A stretch of DNA of 64,000 nt. Source: a virus. The position numbers were made by a program, and so were the translations under genes. Numbering within the stretch: position 1 is the first letter of the stretch; each line of letters opens with the position of its first letter. This document shows positions 9,917 to 20,089 of this stretch, in pieces. The stretch is from the IMG/VR virus record IMGVR_UViG_3300029319_009044, positions 64,001-128,000 of that record. The stretch is one strand, 5' to 3'. The notes under the pieces are model-generated. The model was not told where the DNA came from and ran no database searches. It worked only from the letters and a program-made list of their open reading frames with translations.

Positions 9917-10327
9917 TTAAACTGTGTATGTTTTAATATACTCTTCTTTCTTTCTACGAGGTACATCTACCTCAAGAACTCCGTTAATATAAGTAAAGTT
10001 AATCTTATTAAGATCAAACTCTCTTCCAACTGAAAAGGATCTGTTATAAGTTTGTTCCTTTTCTCCGTCATGAGCTTTTACTTTACGCTTAGCTTTTATA
10101 TAAACTTCGCGTTGATCAGAGTCTGTAGAAAGATCTAAATCTTCTTTATTGACTCCTGGTAGATCAATCTGAACGCTAAGTGCATTCTCGTCTTGAGAAA
10201 AACGAACTTGATCTCCTGTTTTATATACTTCTTCCAGCTGGTGGAAGACTGGTGTTAGATTGAAAAATCCATCAAAGGCTCTTTCAATTTCTGCGATTGG
10301 ATTGTGTGTGTATTTAGTTAGTTTCAT
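9917..10327 (-). CDS. Small heat-shock protein (Hsp20)
   Basis: IDLPGVNKEDL, YNRSF and YINGVLEVDVP alpha-crystallin motifs. Confidence 0.88.
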   Translation of the reverse strand: MKLTKYTHNPIAEIERAFDGFFNLTPVFHQLEEVYKTGDQVRFSQDENALSVQIDLPGVNKEDLDLSTDSDQREVYIKAKRKVKAHDGEKEQTYNRSFSVGREFDLNKINFTYINGVLEVDVPRRKKEEYIKTYTV

Positions 10328-10368
10328 AGTAAAATTATTTATTACACAATACTGCTTTCTGCTACTAA

Positions 10369-10770
10369 TTAATTAGTAGCAGCAGTAGCAGTAGCTTCAA
10401 CGACTTCTTCTTCATCTTCGTCGTCAAACAGTTTTACAACTTCACCATCACCTACAGCTGGTTGAGTAAGCGGTGGTTTAGGATCATTAATATTTTCATA
10501 TTGCTGGATAATACGTTCATCAAGCTCTACATCTGAAATACTAATTGCGCTTTTTGAAAAAGTCCAATGATTCTTATCTTTATCTTTGAGAAATTCCATA
10601 AAGATATAAGGAAAGGATTGCACTTGAAGTTGGCCTGTTTGTTGATCAGGCTGTACGTGAATGATCACAGGATTAAAAAGAGTAATACTGTCTTTAGTAT
10701 CTTCTTTAACAACACCTAGTACAGTTCTACCAATGTGATCAACAATAGTTTTAATTTGTTTGTCTGCCAT
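10369..10770 (-). CDS. Hypothetical protein (small beta-barrel-like, acidic tail)
   Basis: 133-aa ORF with its own TTGCAA-N15-TATAAT-N6-ATG promoter. Confidence 0.6.
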   Translation of the reverse strand: MADKQIKTIVDHIGRTVLGVVKEDTKDSITLFNPVIIHVQPDQQTGQLQVQSFPYIFMEFLKDKDKNHWTFSKSAISISDVELDERIIQQYENINDPKPPLTQPAVGDGEVVKLFDDEDEEEVVEATATAATN

Positions 10771-10803
10771 GTCTTAATTATAGTTAATTAAAATAAATTG
10801 CAA

Positions 10804-11115
10804 CTATTGAAAACGTAAAGTATTTGCTATTTCAGTAGCTTGCTCTAGAGCCTCTTTACATTGTTTAGATAAGTAAGTAGATTTATCTTGTGCATGATCA
10901 AGAGTACTTCTCATTAAAAAAATCGCCCTTCTAATTTTTTCTAACTCTTCGTTATTGTTTGTACCTGAACCATTATCTGTTCCAACAATAACATTTCTTA
11001 AAATAGCTAATGTTTCCAAAATACCGTTAATTTTACCTCTATTAAATGCAGGATGTGCACGTGCTGTATTATCATCTTCAGGTCTGTCTGTATATCCGCC
11101 GGGTTGTAATGCCAT
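10804..11115 (-). CDS. Hypothetical late protein
   Basis: 103-aa ORF preceded by TTAAATA-N5-ATG. Confidence 0.6.
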   Translation of the reverse strand: MALQPGGYTDRPEDDNTARAHPAFNRGKINGILETLAILRNVIVGTDNGSGTNNNEELEKIRRAIFLMRSTLDHAQDKSTYLSKQCKEALEQATEIANTLRFQ

Positions 11116-11123
11116 GTGTCTAT

Positions 11124-13697
11124 TTAAGCAAAGAGGTCAAATAATTCAACTTGTACATTTTCCGCAGGCTTTCTTATCTTCCAGCCAACACAATCATAGA
11201 AACGTTCAATACCTTGAAAGAGAATCTTTTCAAACATCTTATCATAATCAATTTTAAAGATATCGTTAAACTCTTTCGGATAGTCATACTTGAATCCAAT
11301 ACTATCTAAACCATACTTATTAGGTTTTTCAACATACATATATCTTACCTTATCACCAGATCCGAGATCTTCATATCTGTTACCAGTATTGAGTTTATCT
11401 AATAGTAAGTTATAGAAGTAAGCAGACTTAACATGAATAGGCATGCTCTTTACAGTATTAAACTCATTACAAGCTACTGCATACTTTTCATACCCTTTTA
11501 CACCCATAACAAAAGCTAACTCTTCAGGAGTAAGCTTCTTAAAAATATCATAAGTTTTATTTAACACTCTATTAGTCTCCGTAAGAGACTGAGTACTAAG
11601 CATAGTCTCAATAATTTTCTTAGCATAAGGTTTAATAGCATTAGGCATAGTAGTACGTACTACTTCAACCCCAGTATACTTAAATTTATTTTCTTTAATA
11701 CCTTCGTCATCTAAAATATGCATCACATATCTTTTCTTCTGCAAGAATACTCCCACATCGGCAATGCATTCCCGTTTAAATACAAATCGACTATCTTGAG
11801 ATAATAAAGACTTTTTAGCCCATTCATGAACTCCTTCATTAAGATAGTTCTCAATCTCCTGAATCTTATCATGCGTATCTTGATGCACATCACTCCCGTC
11901 TAAAAAGTTTAAGCCCTTATTAACAAGAGGTGTAATAGAAACATAGGAAGAATCCGTATCATTATATATAATACAACCTTCAAGTTCTCTATCAGAGATA
12001 TCAGGGATTTCTTTTTTGATAAATTCCTTAATAAGCTCATTTGAATATTTAATAACTGCTTGACCAGTTAGCGTTACTGACGAAGCAATATCATCATCAC
12101 CAATAGGAGCATTTTTATTACCCATATAACCATAACAAGAGTTAATAAGAATTTTAATAACCATTTGCGAAGTATTAAGTCTTTCTACTTCATATTTAGC
12201 TTCAATATATTCAGGAGTATCTTTCTTAAGTTTCTTAAGTTTAGTTTTAGCCTTAAAAAGCTCTTTTTTAATAATTACACGTTGATTATAATAGTACTCT
12301 AAAAACTCGGGTATAATACCTTTTTTCTTTTGCGTAAATAAAAAACCAGCCTTAGACAAAGCACACTGCTCATCTTTTAAGAACTTAGCAAATGCAGGTC
12401 TATCAAGTTCGAACAACTTACCACTTACATGCTGTATAACTACTTTTTTATCAGTAGTATTTTCTACTTTACCTACTTTAGTTTCAGGCGAAGTATTTAA
12501 AGATATCATCACATTAGGATATAGAGAGTTAGCATCAAAAGAAACTATATGATTCTTAAATCCGTTCTTAGGTTCAGCAACATAAGCACCAGGATTTTTA
12601 CCAGTATCAGCATTACGTAAAAATGTAGCAATAACTTCACCTCGTTTTCTAGCTTTTATACATAGCGCACCATTAATTACTTGAATCGTACCCATCGCAC
12701 CTTCAAGCGTAGTTAAACCTACGTAAGATAATTTTCGTAGTAAAGGAACGTATTGTAGTTTTTCTTCTAAACGAACTAACAAATTAACGTCTTGAATATT
12801 ATAATCAATAAAAGTATCCCAGTCTTCATCAGATAAAGTAGCCAAGTTACTGTCACCATAGTCAATCTTTCGTTGACCTAATTCTACTTCACCAATAGCA
12901 TCAAGTTTATAAGACTCTCTAAGTTTAAGACAAAATCGCTTGTATACATCTAGATAATCTAAACATGCAACTCCGTCAATATAGTAACGTTTTTGCTCTT
13001 TACCAAACTTACCTTTTATAGCTCTAAAATGAACCCTACCTAAAGGTGAAAGTCTATTAACATAATCTTGACCTAAGATTCTTTCAATACGGTTAATAAT
13101 ATAAGGTATATCAAAAAATTCAGAGTTCCAACCACTTAAGATATCCGGGTAATCGCTTTCGAGATATTCAATAAATTTAATAAACATCTCACGTTCATCT
13201 CTACAATGAACGTAATTAAGATTATCAGCTCCTTTACCATTATAAGGCTTGATACCAAATGTATGAAACTTTTTACTAAAATTATCATAACAAGTTATTA
13301 CATTTACTACATGAGTAGGATCTTCAGGATCAGGAAATGTATCTGGAGAATAAGTCTCAATATCAAGTAAACACGTTTTAAGAGGGTGTGAACTAAACTC
13401 TTCTTGTTCGTTTTGCTCCCAATATAAATCAAGCAAGAACTGCTGAGCCGGGGGCATATTTTCAAATACTCTCTTAACGTTAGATTCTCTTACAAATCGT
13501 GACCTATCATAACTAGTATTAAACTTACGTTTTCTAATCTTAGTACCATATATTGATGTCTTATCTCCAGAGGGATTTTCTAAATACAAATAAGGTTCAA
13601 ACGAACATTCATGCATTACTCGTTTACCATCAGTATCCCAAGTAAATAGATTTACACTTCTATTTCTACCGTTATAAACAACATTACGATACGACAT
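11124..13697 (-). CDS. gp43: Family B DNA polymerase
   Basis: Exonuclease motifs DIET, GWNSEFFDIPY, YNIQDV; polymerase motifs SFDANSLYP, KILINSCYG, YNDTDS, KKRY. Confidence 0.97.
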   Translation of the reverse strand: MSYRNVVYNGRNRSVNLFTWDTDGKRVMHECSFEPYLYLENPSGDKTSIYGTKIRKRKFNTSYDRSRFVRESNVKRVFENMPPAQQFLLDLYWEQNEQEEFSSHPLKTCLLDIETYSPDTFPDPEDPTHVVNVITCYDNFSKKFHTFGIKPYNGKGADNLNYVHCRDEREMFIKFIEYLESDYPDILSGWNSEFFDIPYIINRIERILGQDYVNRLSPLGRVHFRAIKGKFGKEQKRYYIDGVACLDYLDVYKRFCLKLRESYKLDAIGEVELGQRKIDYGDSNLATLSDEDWDTFIDYNIQDVNLLVRLEEKLQYVPLLRKLSYVGLTTLEGAMGTIQVINGALCIKARKRGEVIATFLRNADTGKNPGAYVAEPKNGFKNHIVSFDANSLYPNVMISLNTSPETKVGKVENTTDKKVVIQHVSGKLFELDRPAFAKFLKDEQCALSKAGFLFTQKKKGIIPEFLEYYYNQRVIIKKELFKAKTKLKKLKKDTPEYIEAKYEVERLNTSQMVIKILINSCYGYMGNKNAPIGDDDIASSVTLTGQAVIKYSNELIKEFIKKEIPDISDRELEGCIIYNDTDSSYVSITPLVNKGLNFLDGSDVHQDTHDKIQEIENYLNEGVHEWAKKSLLSQDSRFVFKRECIADVGVFLQKKRYVMHILDDEGIKENKFKYTGVEVVRTTMPNAIKPYAKKIIETMLSTQSLTETNRVLNKTYDIFKKLTPEELAFVMGVKGYEKYAVACNEFNTVKSMPIHVKSAYFYNLLLDKLNTGNRYEDLGSGDKVRYMYVEKPNKYGLDSIGFKYDYPKEFNDIFKIDYDKMFEKILFQGIERFYDCVGWKIRKPAENVQVELFDLFA

Positions 13698-13719
13698 CTA
13701 TCTTATTATAATAAGATAG
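13698..13719. promoter_or_regulatory. 22-bp perfect palindrome covering the gp43 -10 box and abutting its ATG
   Basis: CTATCTTATTATAATAAGATAG is its own reverse complement and contains TATAAT 7 nt upstream of the ATG. Confidence 0.6.
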
Positions 13720-13722
13720 TTC

Positions 13723-14937
13723 CTAATTCCACTTATTTAAAAATTTTCTTTCTGGGCTTCCCCACGGTGTATTTAGAGCTTCAAGGTGACAGCCAATATT
13801 TTCATCTATCTCTAATATTCTTTTTTCACCTATTCTTCTTAATCTATGAATATTTTGTATATACTTATTTTTCTTTCTAAGAGTACGTTCTATTTTATCT
13901 GCAAACTCTTCAACAGTATCAAATCTTAATTGCTTCGGAGCTGTAAAATATGTTTCAATGTTTTGACATAAACAAGGTATACCTAAAGTACATGCTTCAA
14001 TAAATTTAATATCAGATTTAGCTTTATTAAAATCATTAGGTAATAAAGGTGCAACCATTAATTGTGCATCTAAATTAGCAATAAAATATGGATACTTTAA
14101 TAATTGCTGCCAAGGATAAAACTCTATTTTTCTATCTTGTACTAAATCTACTAATTGGGGTGGAAAAGCACCAACGAAAATCCATTGATACTTATTAACT
14201 GTTTTTCTAATATAATCTCTTACCCCTGCTAAATCATCATTACCACCTACTTTATTATCAACATCATAATGTGCACCAGACCCAGTATATAATATTCTAG
14301 GTTTCTTTTTATTATTTTCATATGCTCTTTCAACCTTACTAGGGTTAAATAATTGACCCATCCAACTATTAGGAACAAAATTAGGTATAACTGTTATTTT
14401 TTGCTGGCCGGTCTTTTCAATATATAGCTGTTTCATAAAGTCACATGTAACAGTTACCTCATCAACCATATTAATTATATCTATACAATTTTGACGTACT
14501 TCATCATTATCAAACGCAAATTTAAATTTATTGTAATCGGGTATTACTTCTCTAAATACAACATCATCGACTTCATATATAATTTTAAAATCATGTTCTT
14601 TTTGTACTTCTTTAAGAAACTTTACAAATTCTTTCTGGGATGAGGAAGCCTGTCGTTGTAGCTTTACACACTTTACACCGGTATACCAAGGAGGCTGCGT
14701 AACCATAGCTGTGGTAGATTGTGACATTCCATCACCTCTAGCATTTATTACTGCTTCTGGCCATAAAATTCTCCAATGACCACAACCTGAATAATCAGCT
14801 AAATAATTTACATATCTAGGTAAATTAGCCTCGTTAGGTACAGGTATATCTTTAGGTTTTTCAGGTTCAATCTGAACGTGATTAACAGCGTATGGAGACG
14901 CAATAGGTGTAGGAAAAGGCGACGGACCTGTAATCAT
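13723..14937 (-). CDS. GT-B fold glycosyltransferase
   Basis: SGCGHWRI.WP, YEVDD, VIPNF, APL..NDFNKAKSDIKFIEA..GIP (GT4-like C-terminal motif). Confidence 0.8.
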   Translation of the reverse strand: MITGPSPFPTPIASPYAVNHVQIEPEKPKDIPVPNEANLPRYVNYLADYSGCGHWRILWPEAVINARGDGMSQSTTAMVTQPPWYTGVKCVKLQRQASSSQKEFVKFLKEVQKEHDFKIIYEVDDVVFREVIPDYNKFKFAFDNDEVRQNCIDIINMVDEVTVTCDFMKQLYIEKTGQQKITVIPNFVPNSWMGQLFNPSKVERAYENNKKKPRILYTGSGAHYDVDNKVGGNDDLAGVRDYIRKTVNKYQWIFVGAFPPQLVDLVQDRKIEFYPWQQLLKYPYFIANLDAQLMVAPLLPNDFNKAKSDIKFIEACTLGIPCLCQNIETYFTAPKQLRFDTVEEFADKIERTLRKKNKYIQNIHRLRRIGEKRILEIDENIGCHLEALNTPWGSPERKFLNKWN

Positions 14938-14949
14938 AATATATATAGT

Positions 14950-16755
14950 TTAAATTTCTTTGTAATCTAGTCTCTTAGTTATACCATTTTCTTTCTCAAG
15001 GTATATTACATCACCAGTCACAGCTTTAATAGACTCTTTTCTATGAGAAATTACTATTGAACATTCATCTAACTCTTCAACTCTATCTTGTAATATATGA
15101 GTTATTAATTCGATTCCTTTTTCATCAAATGAAGAATCAAATAACTCATCATATATTGCAATATTATACTGTACTCCGCCTTGTAGTCTTCTTATGTCAG
15201 AAAATGTAAATAAGCATGCCAAATCTATTGACTTACGTTCAGCGCCTGAAAAGTTAAAATAAGAACATACCTTGTTTTTTTCATTTAATATTTCTTCCTC
15301 AAAATATTCATTGAAGATACAAATAGAGTTAGAATCTAATCTTTTAAGATAATGCAATAATTTATTATTAAGCAACTCGAGTAGTTTATTAACTATATAT
15401 GATTTTACCCCTTCTTCAGATACTATATATTTAACGATATCTAACTTAGCTAGCTCATCTCTATATTGCTTTACTTTTTTAGCTAATTTATCTACCCGTT
15501 TTTTAGTTTCAATAATTAAAGAATCAAAATCTGTATCTGTAGATTTTATAACTTCTAAATCGCCTTCGAGCTCAATTTGCCATTTATCTAATTGTTCTAT
15601 TCTTTGCTCAATGTTAATTTTATTTTGTTCTTGAAGTTTAGCTTCTGATAGCTTATTGCGGCATTCATTTATAGCTTTTAAGAATCTATCCTTTCTTACT
15701 TTTAACTCTTTTAAATCATCAGAATAATTTTTTATGTTACTAATAGCTTCATGAATATATTCTTTGAGATTTTTCTTTTCAGTGGCAATTAATTCAGCAT
15801 CATGTTCTTCCATAGGTCGGAGACATACAGGGCATTTTTCTTCTTCAGTTCCCATCTTCTTATATCTCTCTTTCCTTTCTGCTGCTATAGCTTTATTACG
15901 AGCTACTGCTTCTAAATTAGTTTCAATTTTTATATCTTGATTGTTAACAGCTTCTTCTAATGAGTTTATTTGACTTTCAATCTTATTAGTATCTATTTTT
16001 TTAACTTCACTAATTTCTTTTTGAAGTTTTTCCTTTTCTTTGGTATTATCTTCTTGACGTCCAAGGTATTTTTGTTTTTTCTCTTCCCTTGTTTGCAATA
16101 TCTTTTGCTTTTGATCTTCATAATTTTTATATGCTTTTTCGATTTCTTCTAATTTAGTTAAGCGAGTATCATGCTCTCTAGAGATTTCATTATATTCATT
16201 TCTAAGAGTAGATAGCATAGTACTAAATATTTCCATACCAAAAATATCTTCAATAAACTTTCGTTTTTCAATTTTATTTTTAGCCATAAAAGGAACAGCA
16301 TTATTTACTGTCATAATAACACAGTTTTGAAAGATAGAAGGTGAAGCACTTAGTACTTGATTAATATATGTAGTAGTATTTTTTATACTATCACGAGTTC
16401 TATCAACACCATCTTTAAAAATTAAAACTTTCGAAGGTGAGAGTGTTCTAATAATCTTATAGTTATTTGTACCCTTAGATGAGTCTAGTTCGAAGTCTAA
16501 TTCAACATGAGTCTTACCATTAGTAAGGTTATTAGGTATAAGATCTTTTTTGAGCTCACGCAACGTTTCACCAAATATAGCAAAGTATAAGGCATCTGCT
16601 ATAGTACTCTTACCAATAGCGTTTCTACGGTCAGGCTTGTCTTTATTTTTACCTGTAATAACATGTAAACCTTTTCGAAACTCAATAGTTACAGGCTCAT
16701 CACCAACTGATAAAAAATTTACTAAGCTTAGTTTTTTAAAGTTTACTCTTTTCAT
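14950..16755 (-). CDS. gp46: Recombination nuclease ATPase subunit (SbcC/Rad50-like)
   Basis: NFLSVG, NAIGKST, coiled coil with CPVC hook, FSGAE signature, YDELFDSSFD, ISH. Confidence 0.95.
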   Translation of the reverse strand: MKRVNFKKLSLVNFLSVGDEPVTIEFRKGLHVITGKNKDKPDRRNAIGKSTIADALYFAIFGETLRELKKDLIPNNLTNGKTHVELDFELDSSKGTNNYKIIRTLSPSKVLIFKDGVDRTRDSIKNTTTYINQVLSASPSIFQNCVIMTVNNAVPFMAKNKIEKRKFIEDIFGMEIFSTMLSTLRNEYNEISREHDTRLTKLEEIEKAYKNYEDQKQKILQTREEKKQKYLGRQEDNTKEKEKLQKEISEVKKIDTNKIESQINSLEEAVNNQDIKIETNLEAVARNKAIAAERKERYKKMGTEEEKCPVCLRPMEEHDAELIATEKKNLKEYIHEAISNIKNYSDDLKELKVRKDRFLKAINECRNKLSEAKLQEQNKINIEQRIEQLDKWQIELEGDLEVIKSTDTDFDSLIIETKKRVDKLAKKVKQYRDELAKLDIVKYIVSEEGVKSYIVNKLLELLNNKLLHYLKRLDSNSICIFNEYFEEEILNEKNKVCSYFNFSGAERKSIDLACLFTFSDIRRLQGGVQYNIAIYDELFDSSFDEKGIELITHILQDRVEELDECSIVISHRKESIKAVTGDVIYLEKENGITKRLDYKEI

Positions 16756-17785
16756 ATAGATCTAGAGTGTAATTTATTATCTCCTTTTTATTCTTAATTT
16801 CAAGTAAGTTTACAAACTCTTCTATAGCTTGTGGTATATCAATACCTGATAAATCTTCCTTATTTTCAGTATCGTCAAGTAAGCGATTAAAATTTATATC
16901 ATAATCTATAGTAAGTACTTCAGGCTTTAGTAAAGTAAGCTTCTTAACTAATATATCCATATCTACTTGAGATATATTCATATCAACTTTTAGTTTAGCT
17001 ATATTACCAGAAAAATCATTAATAACTTTTTTAGTTATACTACCTTCCTGTACAAGTTCGCTTAAAGATACCTTTTTATAAGTAGGAGATACGTTATTAT
17101 AAGTAAAATCATACTCCATAGTATCTAAGTCAAGAATATAATAACCTTTACGATTACCCGCATCACCAAAATCCATTTGAAATGGATTACCTACATACAA
17201 TATAGTACCTTTACCAAACTTCTTTTCATGTCTAGTATGAAAATGCCCTGATATAACTAACGGGCTCTTATTAAGTAAATCTTTAACCTTAAGTCCTTCT
17301 TCACAAACCTTATACGAGTTCATCTTGAAAGTTTCTATCTCAAAATGGCCAAAGATAATATCACTTTCAGGTATGTCTTGTACTTTTGTATTCCAAGGAC
17401 AGAAGGTAATAGTACGATCAAATGCTTCGATCGTATCAAACCTATCTAAAATAGTAACATTTTTACGTTTTTTAAATATAGAAAGAGAGTTAACATCTGT
17501 TCTATGCTTATAATAGATATCATGATTACCAGTTATAGCTATAATATTAAAATCACATAATATATCTAATATATCTGCAGATACTTGCAGAGTATTAACT
17601 GATATCTCACTTCTGTTATGATGCCAATCACCACAAAAGATTAAATCTTTGATATTTTTTCTTTTACACTCTTCTTTAAACCAATGAGCCCATTCTATAG
17701 CGTAATTATGCCAATCAGAACTATTCGAATGAACGCCTAAATGAAGATCAGAAAAAATAGCAACTCTAGGCTTATTAATCTTCAA
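16736..17785 (-). CDS. gp47: Recombination nuclease subunit (SbcD/Mre11-like)
   Basis: SDLHLG, GDWHH, GNHD, GHFE and SGHFH metallophosphoesterase motifs. Confidence 0.95.
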   Translation of the reverse strand: MKINKPRVAIFSDLHLGVHSNSSDWHNYAIEWAHWFKEECKRKNIKDLIFCGDWHHNRSEISVNTLQVSADILDILCDFNIIAITGNHDIYYKHRTDVNSLSIFKKRKNVTILDRFDTIEAFDRTITFCPWNTKVQDIPESDIIFGHFEIETFKMNSYKVCEEGLKVKDLLNKSPLVISGHFHTRHEKKFGKGTILYVGNPFQMDFGDAGNRKGYYILDLDTMEYDFTYNNVSPTYKKVSLSELVQEGSITKKVINDFSGNIAKLKVDMNISQVDMDILVKKLTLLKPEVLTIDYDINFNRLLDDTENKEDLSGIDIPQAIEEFVNLLEIKNKKEIINYTLDLYEKSKL

Positions 17786-18212
17786 AAGAATTTTCTTCGT
17801 CTGCGGGTTTCACGTATACATGCCCATGTGTATTAGTTGGATCGGACATATAATCTTCATACACTCGTTCTTTATACTTCGTAACTGCTTCATGATGCTT
17901 TTTCTCTTTCTTTATACGGTTTATAAATGCATGATATGCTATAGTTGTAAAATAAGAAAAAGGATTAGTAGCTTTTTCGAAGTTAAACTTTTTATGTTTA
18001 AGAGCTGAATACATTTTAATTAAAGCGTCTCCTATCATATCGTCTTTATATGTATAATTGATAAAAGATGCATTATAACTTAGACCATAAGCAATTTTTT
18101 TAATATTTTCTGCTAGATCATCTGTTAATATATCAGTATCGTAATACTTTTGTAAAGACTCTTTAAAGACTTTAGGTTCTATATAATATGGTTTTTTCTC
18201 TTTTGCGGCCAT
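17775..18212 (-). CDS. gp55: Late-transcription sigma factor
   Basis: KIA.GLS...FINYTYKDDMIGDA and NPFSYFTTIAYHAFINRIKKEKK; adjacent to gp47. Confidence 0.92.
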   Translation of the reverse strand: MAAKEKKPYYIEPKVFKESLQKYYDTDILTDDLAENIKKIAYGLSYNASFINYTYKDDMIGDALIKMYSALKHKKFNFEKATNPFSYFTTIAYHAFINRIKKEKKHHEAVTKYKERVYEDYMSDPTNTHGHVYVKPADEENSFED

Positions 18213-18219
18213 TTGATAA

Positions 18220-18247
18220 ATTATAATATATGTTTATGATTTTTCAA
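18220..18247 (-). promoter_or_regulatory. sigma70-type promoter for gp55
   Basis: TTGAAA-N16-TATAAT-N7-ATG. Confidence 0.65.
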
Positions 18248-19670
18248 GAATTTTACTCTCTGTATACTTGATCTTCTCCGCCTTGTATATATCTTTACGT
18301 TTTTCACAATGACGTAATCCATATCTTAAGTTATCACATATATCAAATATAACTAGTTTATTTTTTGAAGCGTGTTTACGTAAACCACGACCTACAGACT
18401 GGACTGTTCTAATAAACGACTTTCCTCCCGCCGCAAATATAATATTGTGTAGATTTTTAATGTTAACCCCGGTAGAGAAGATAGAACTCATAGCTACACA
18501 TATTACATTATTATCTTTCTCCATTATTCTCTTTATATCTTCACGTGTCTCTACTTCTACTTCACCTCTAATAAAGTAGATTTGCTTATTTTCGCATTCA
18601 GTAAGATATTCTGATAGCTCCACCCCTTGAGAAATATGATTAACTAGTATTAATGTGTTATTCTCTAATTTACTGCATAGCTTAGTTAAAAATGTATTAC
18701 GAAAATGACTTTCATATATAAAATCTAACTCTTCTCTATAAGCATTGTCAGTAAGGTAGCGTGGAGGTGTGTTATATTCTAAATTTAGTATCTTAACAGT
18801 AACATTAGCTAGATAATCTTCTAATCTTAGTTCATAACTCGTTTTTTCGTATATAACTGGGCCTAATTTACCTATAATTGACCACTTATCTAAGTTATTT
18901 TCAGGTAAAGTACCTGTAAAGCCATATTTGTTATGTGTTCGTATGTTAGATACTATCTTACTAACCTTATTTGTTGCTTTTATCTTATGACACTCATCGA
19001 CTATAAGTAAATCTACATATTTCATCCAATCGTTGTTATCAAACTGACTTTGAACAATGCCTATATTACAAATTACAACATTTGACGTTAAGTCGGGCTT
19101 AGTTTTACCTGTCCATTTAGTCATTTTAAACGTAGTACCTACGTCATTAAACTCGTCATACGTCTGACTTACTAATCCTAAGTCTGGAACTAATACTATA
19201 CACTTAAAAGTATCTTTATCTGTGCAATTTTGAAAGTAATTTTCAATTAATGCTGCTGTAGTTAACGTTTTTCCAGCACCGGTGCCTAATACACATGTAC
19301 CTCTACCTAGTTTTAAAGCCTTTTTTATTACTTCTTCTTGATATTCACGTAGTTCCAGCGTAAAGTCTTTATACAACTCTACATCTTTACCTACATTTAG
19401 TATTTTTTTAAGTTTATCTGTTATCTTAATATCTACTTTAATCTGTTCTTGTATTAGATACTGTCTTATATCCCAATATAGCCCAGGTTCACAATTACCT
19501 GTACCAGTTATTGCATATTTTCTCCTAGCAGCAAAGCGACCTCTATATCTCGCAAAACGAGCGCCTTCATTTTCAACACTAAAATGCTCGCGTATCTTAT
19601 CAAATAAAGAACTATCTTCAGTTCTTATCTGAATCTTTCTATTGCTTGTATTATAATCAAAGGTTAACAT
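18234..19670 (-). CDS. uvsW: SF2 DNA helicase
   Basis: LREYQ, GTGAGKT, DECH, GFTGT, FSTGVNIKNLH, QSVGRGLR. Confidence 0.93.
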   Translation of the reverse strand: MLTFDYNTSNRKIQIRTEDSSLFDKIREHFSVENEGARFARYRGRFAARRKYAITGTGNCEPGLYWDIRQYLIQEQIKVDIKITDKLKKILNVGKDVELYKDFTLELREYQEEVIKKALKLGRGTCVLGTGAGKTLTTAALIENYFQNCTDKDTFKCIVLVPDLGLVSQTYDEFNDVGTTFKMTKWTGKTKPDLTSNVVICNIGIVQSQFDNNDWMKYVDLLIVDECHKIKATNKVSKIVSNIRTHNKYGFTGTLPENNLDKWSIIGKLGPVIYEKTSYELRLEDYLANVTVKILNLEYNTPPRYLTDNAYREELDFIYESHFRNTFLTKLCSKLENNTLILVNHISQGVELSEYLTECENKQIYFIRGEVEVETREDIKRIMEKDNNVICVAMSSIFSTGVNIKNLHNIIFAAGGKSFIRTVQSVGRGLRKHASKNKLVIFDICDNLRYGLRHCEKRKDIYKAEKIKYTESKILEKS

Positions 19671-20065
19671 TAGAGTTGCTCCATTTTATTAATATCAATA
19701 ATATTTTTAATCTCCCAATGCATTTGACCCATAATCTTCTCTACCTTTTCTAAGTATTCGATAATAGAATCTTGTTCATGTATTGAATCATTAATTTTAC
19801 CAATTGAATCATGTCTTTCAGCTGCTGATTCAGCAGCAGATTGACTAATCTTTACTGGTGAATCGGCAATAACCTTTTTAACTACTTCTTTTTTAAGTTG
19901 TTTCTTTTTTCTTAACAAAGAGTTACGGTTAATTTTTGCATCCATAAGCCTTGCTACCCAGAAATGCTTCTTAGCTGGTAATCTCATTTGAGATTCTTTA
20001 ATATTGAAATCATCTAAATATAAATCTTTAGTAATTTCTTCAATATACTTTTTTAGCAATTCCAT
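19670..20065 (-). CDS. uvsY: Recombination mediator
   Basis: 131-aa helical protein next to uvsW; ends IEYLEKVEK..WEIKNIID. Confidence 0.75.
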   Translation of the reverse strand: MELLKKYIEEITKDLYLDDFNIKESQMRLPAKKHFWVARLMDAKINRNSLLRKKKQLKKEVVKKVIADSPVKISQSAAESAAERHDSIGKINDSIHEQDSIIEYLEKVEKIMGQMHWEIKNIIDINKMEQL

Positions 20066-20089
20066 CCATATATTATAAATATATATAGA

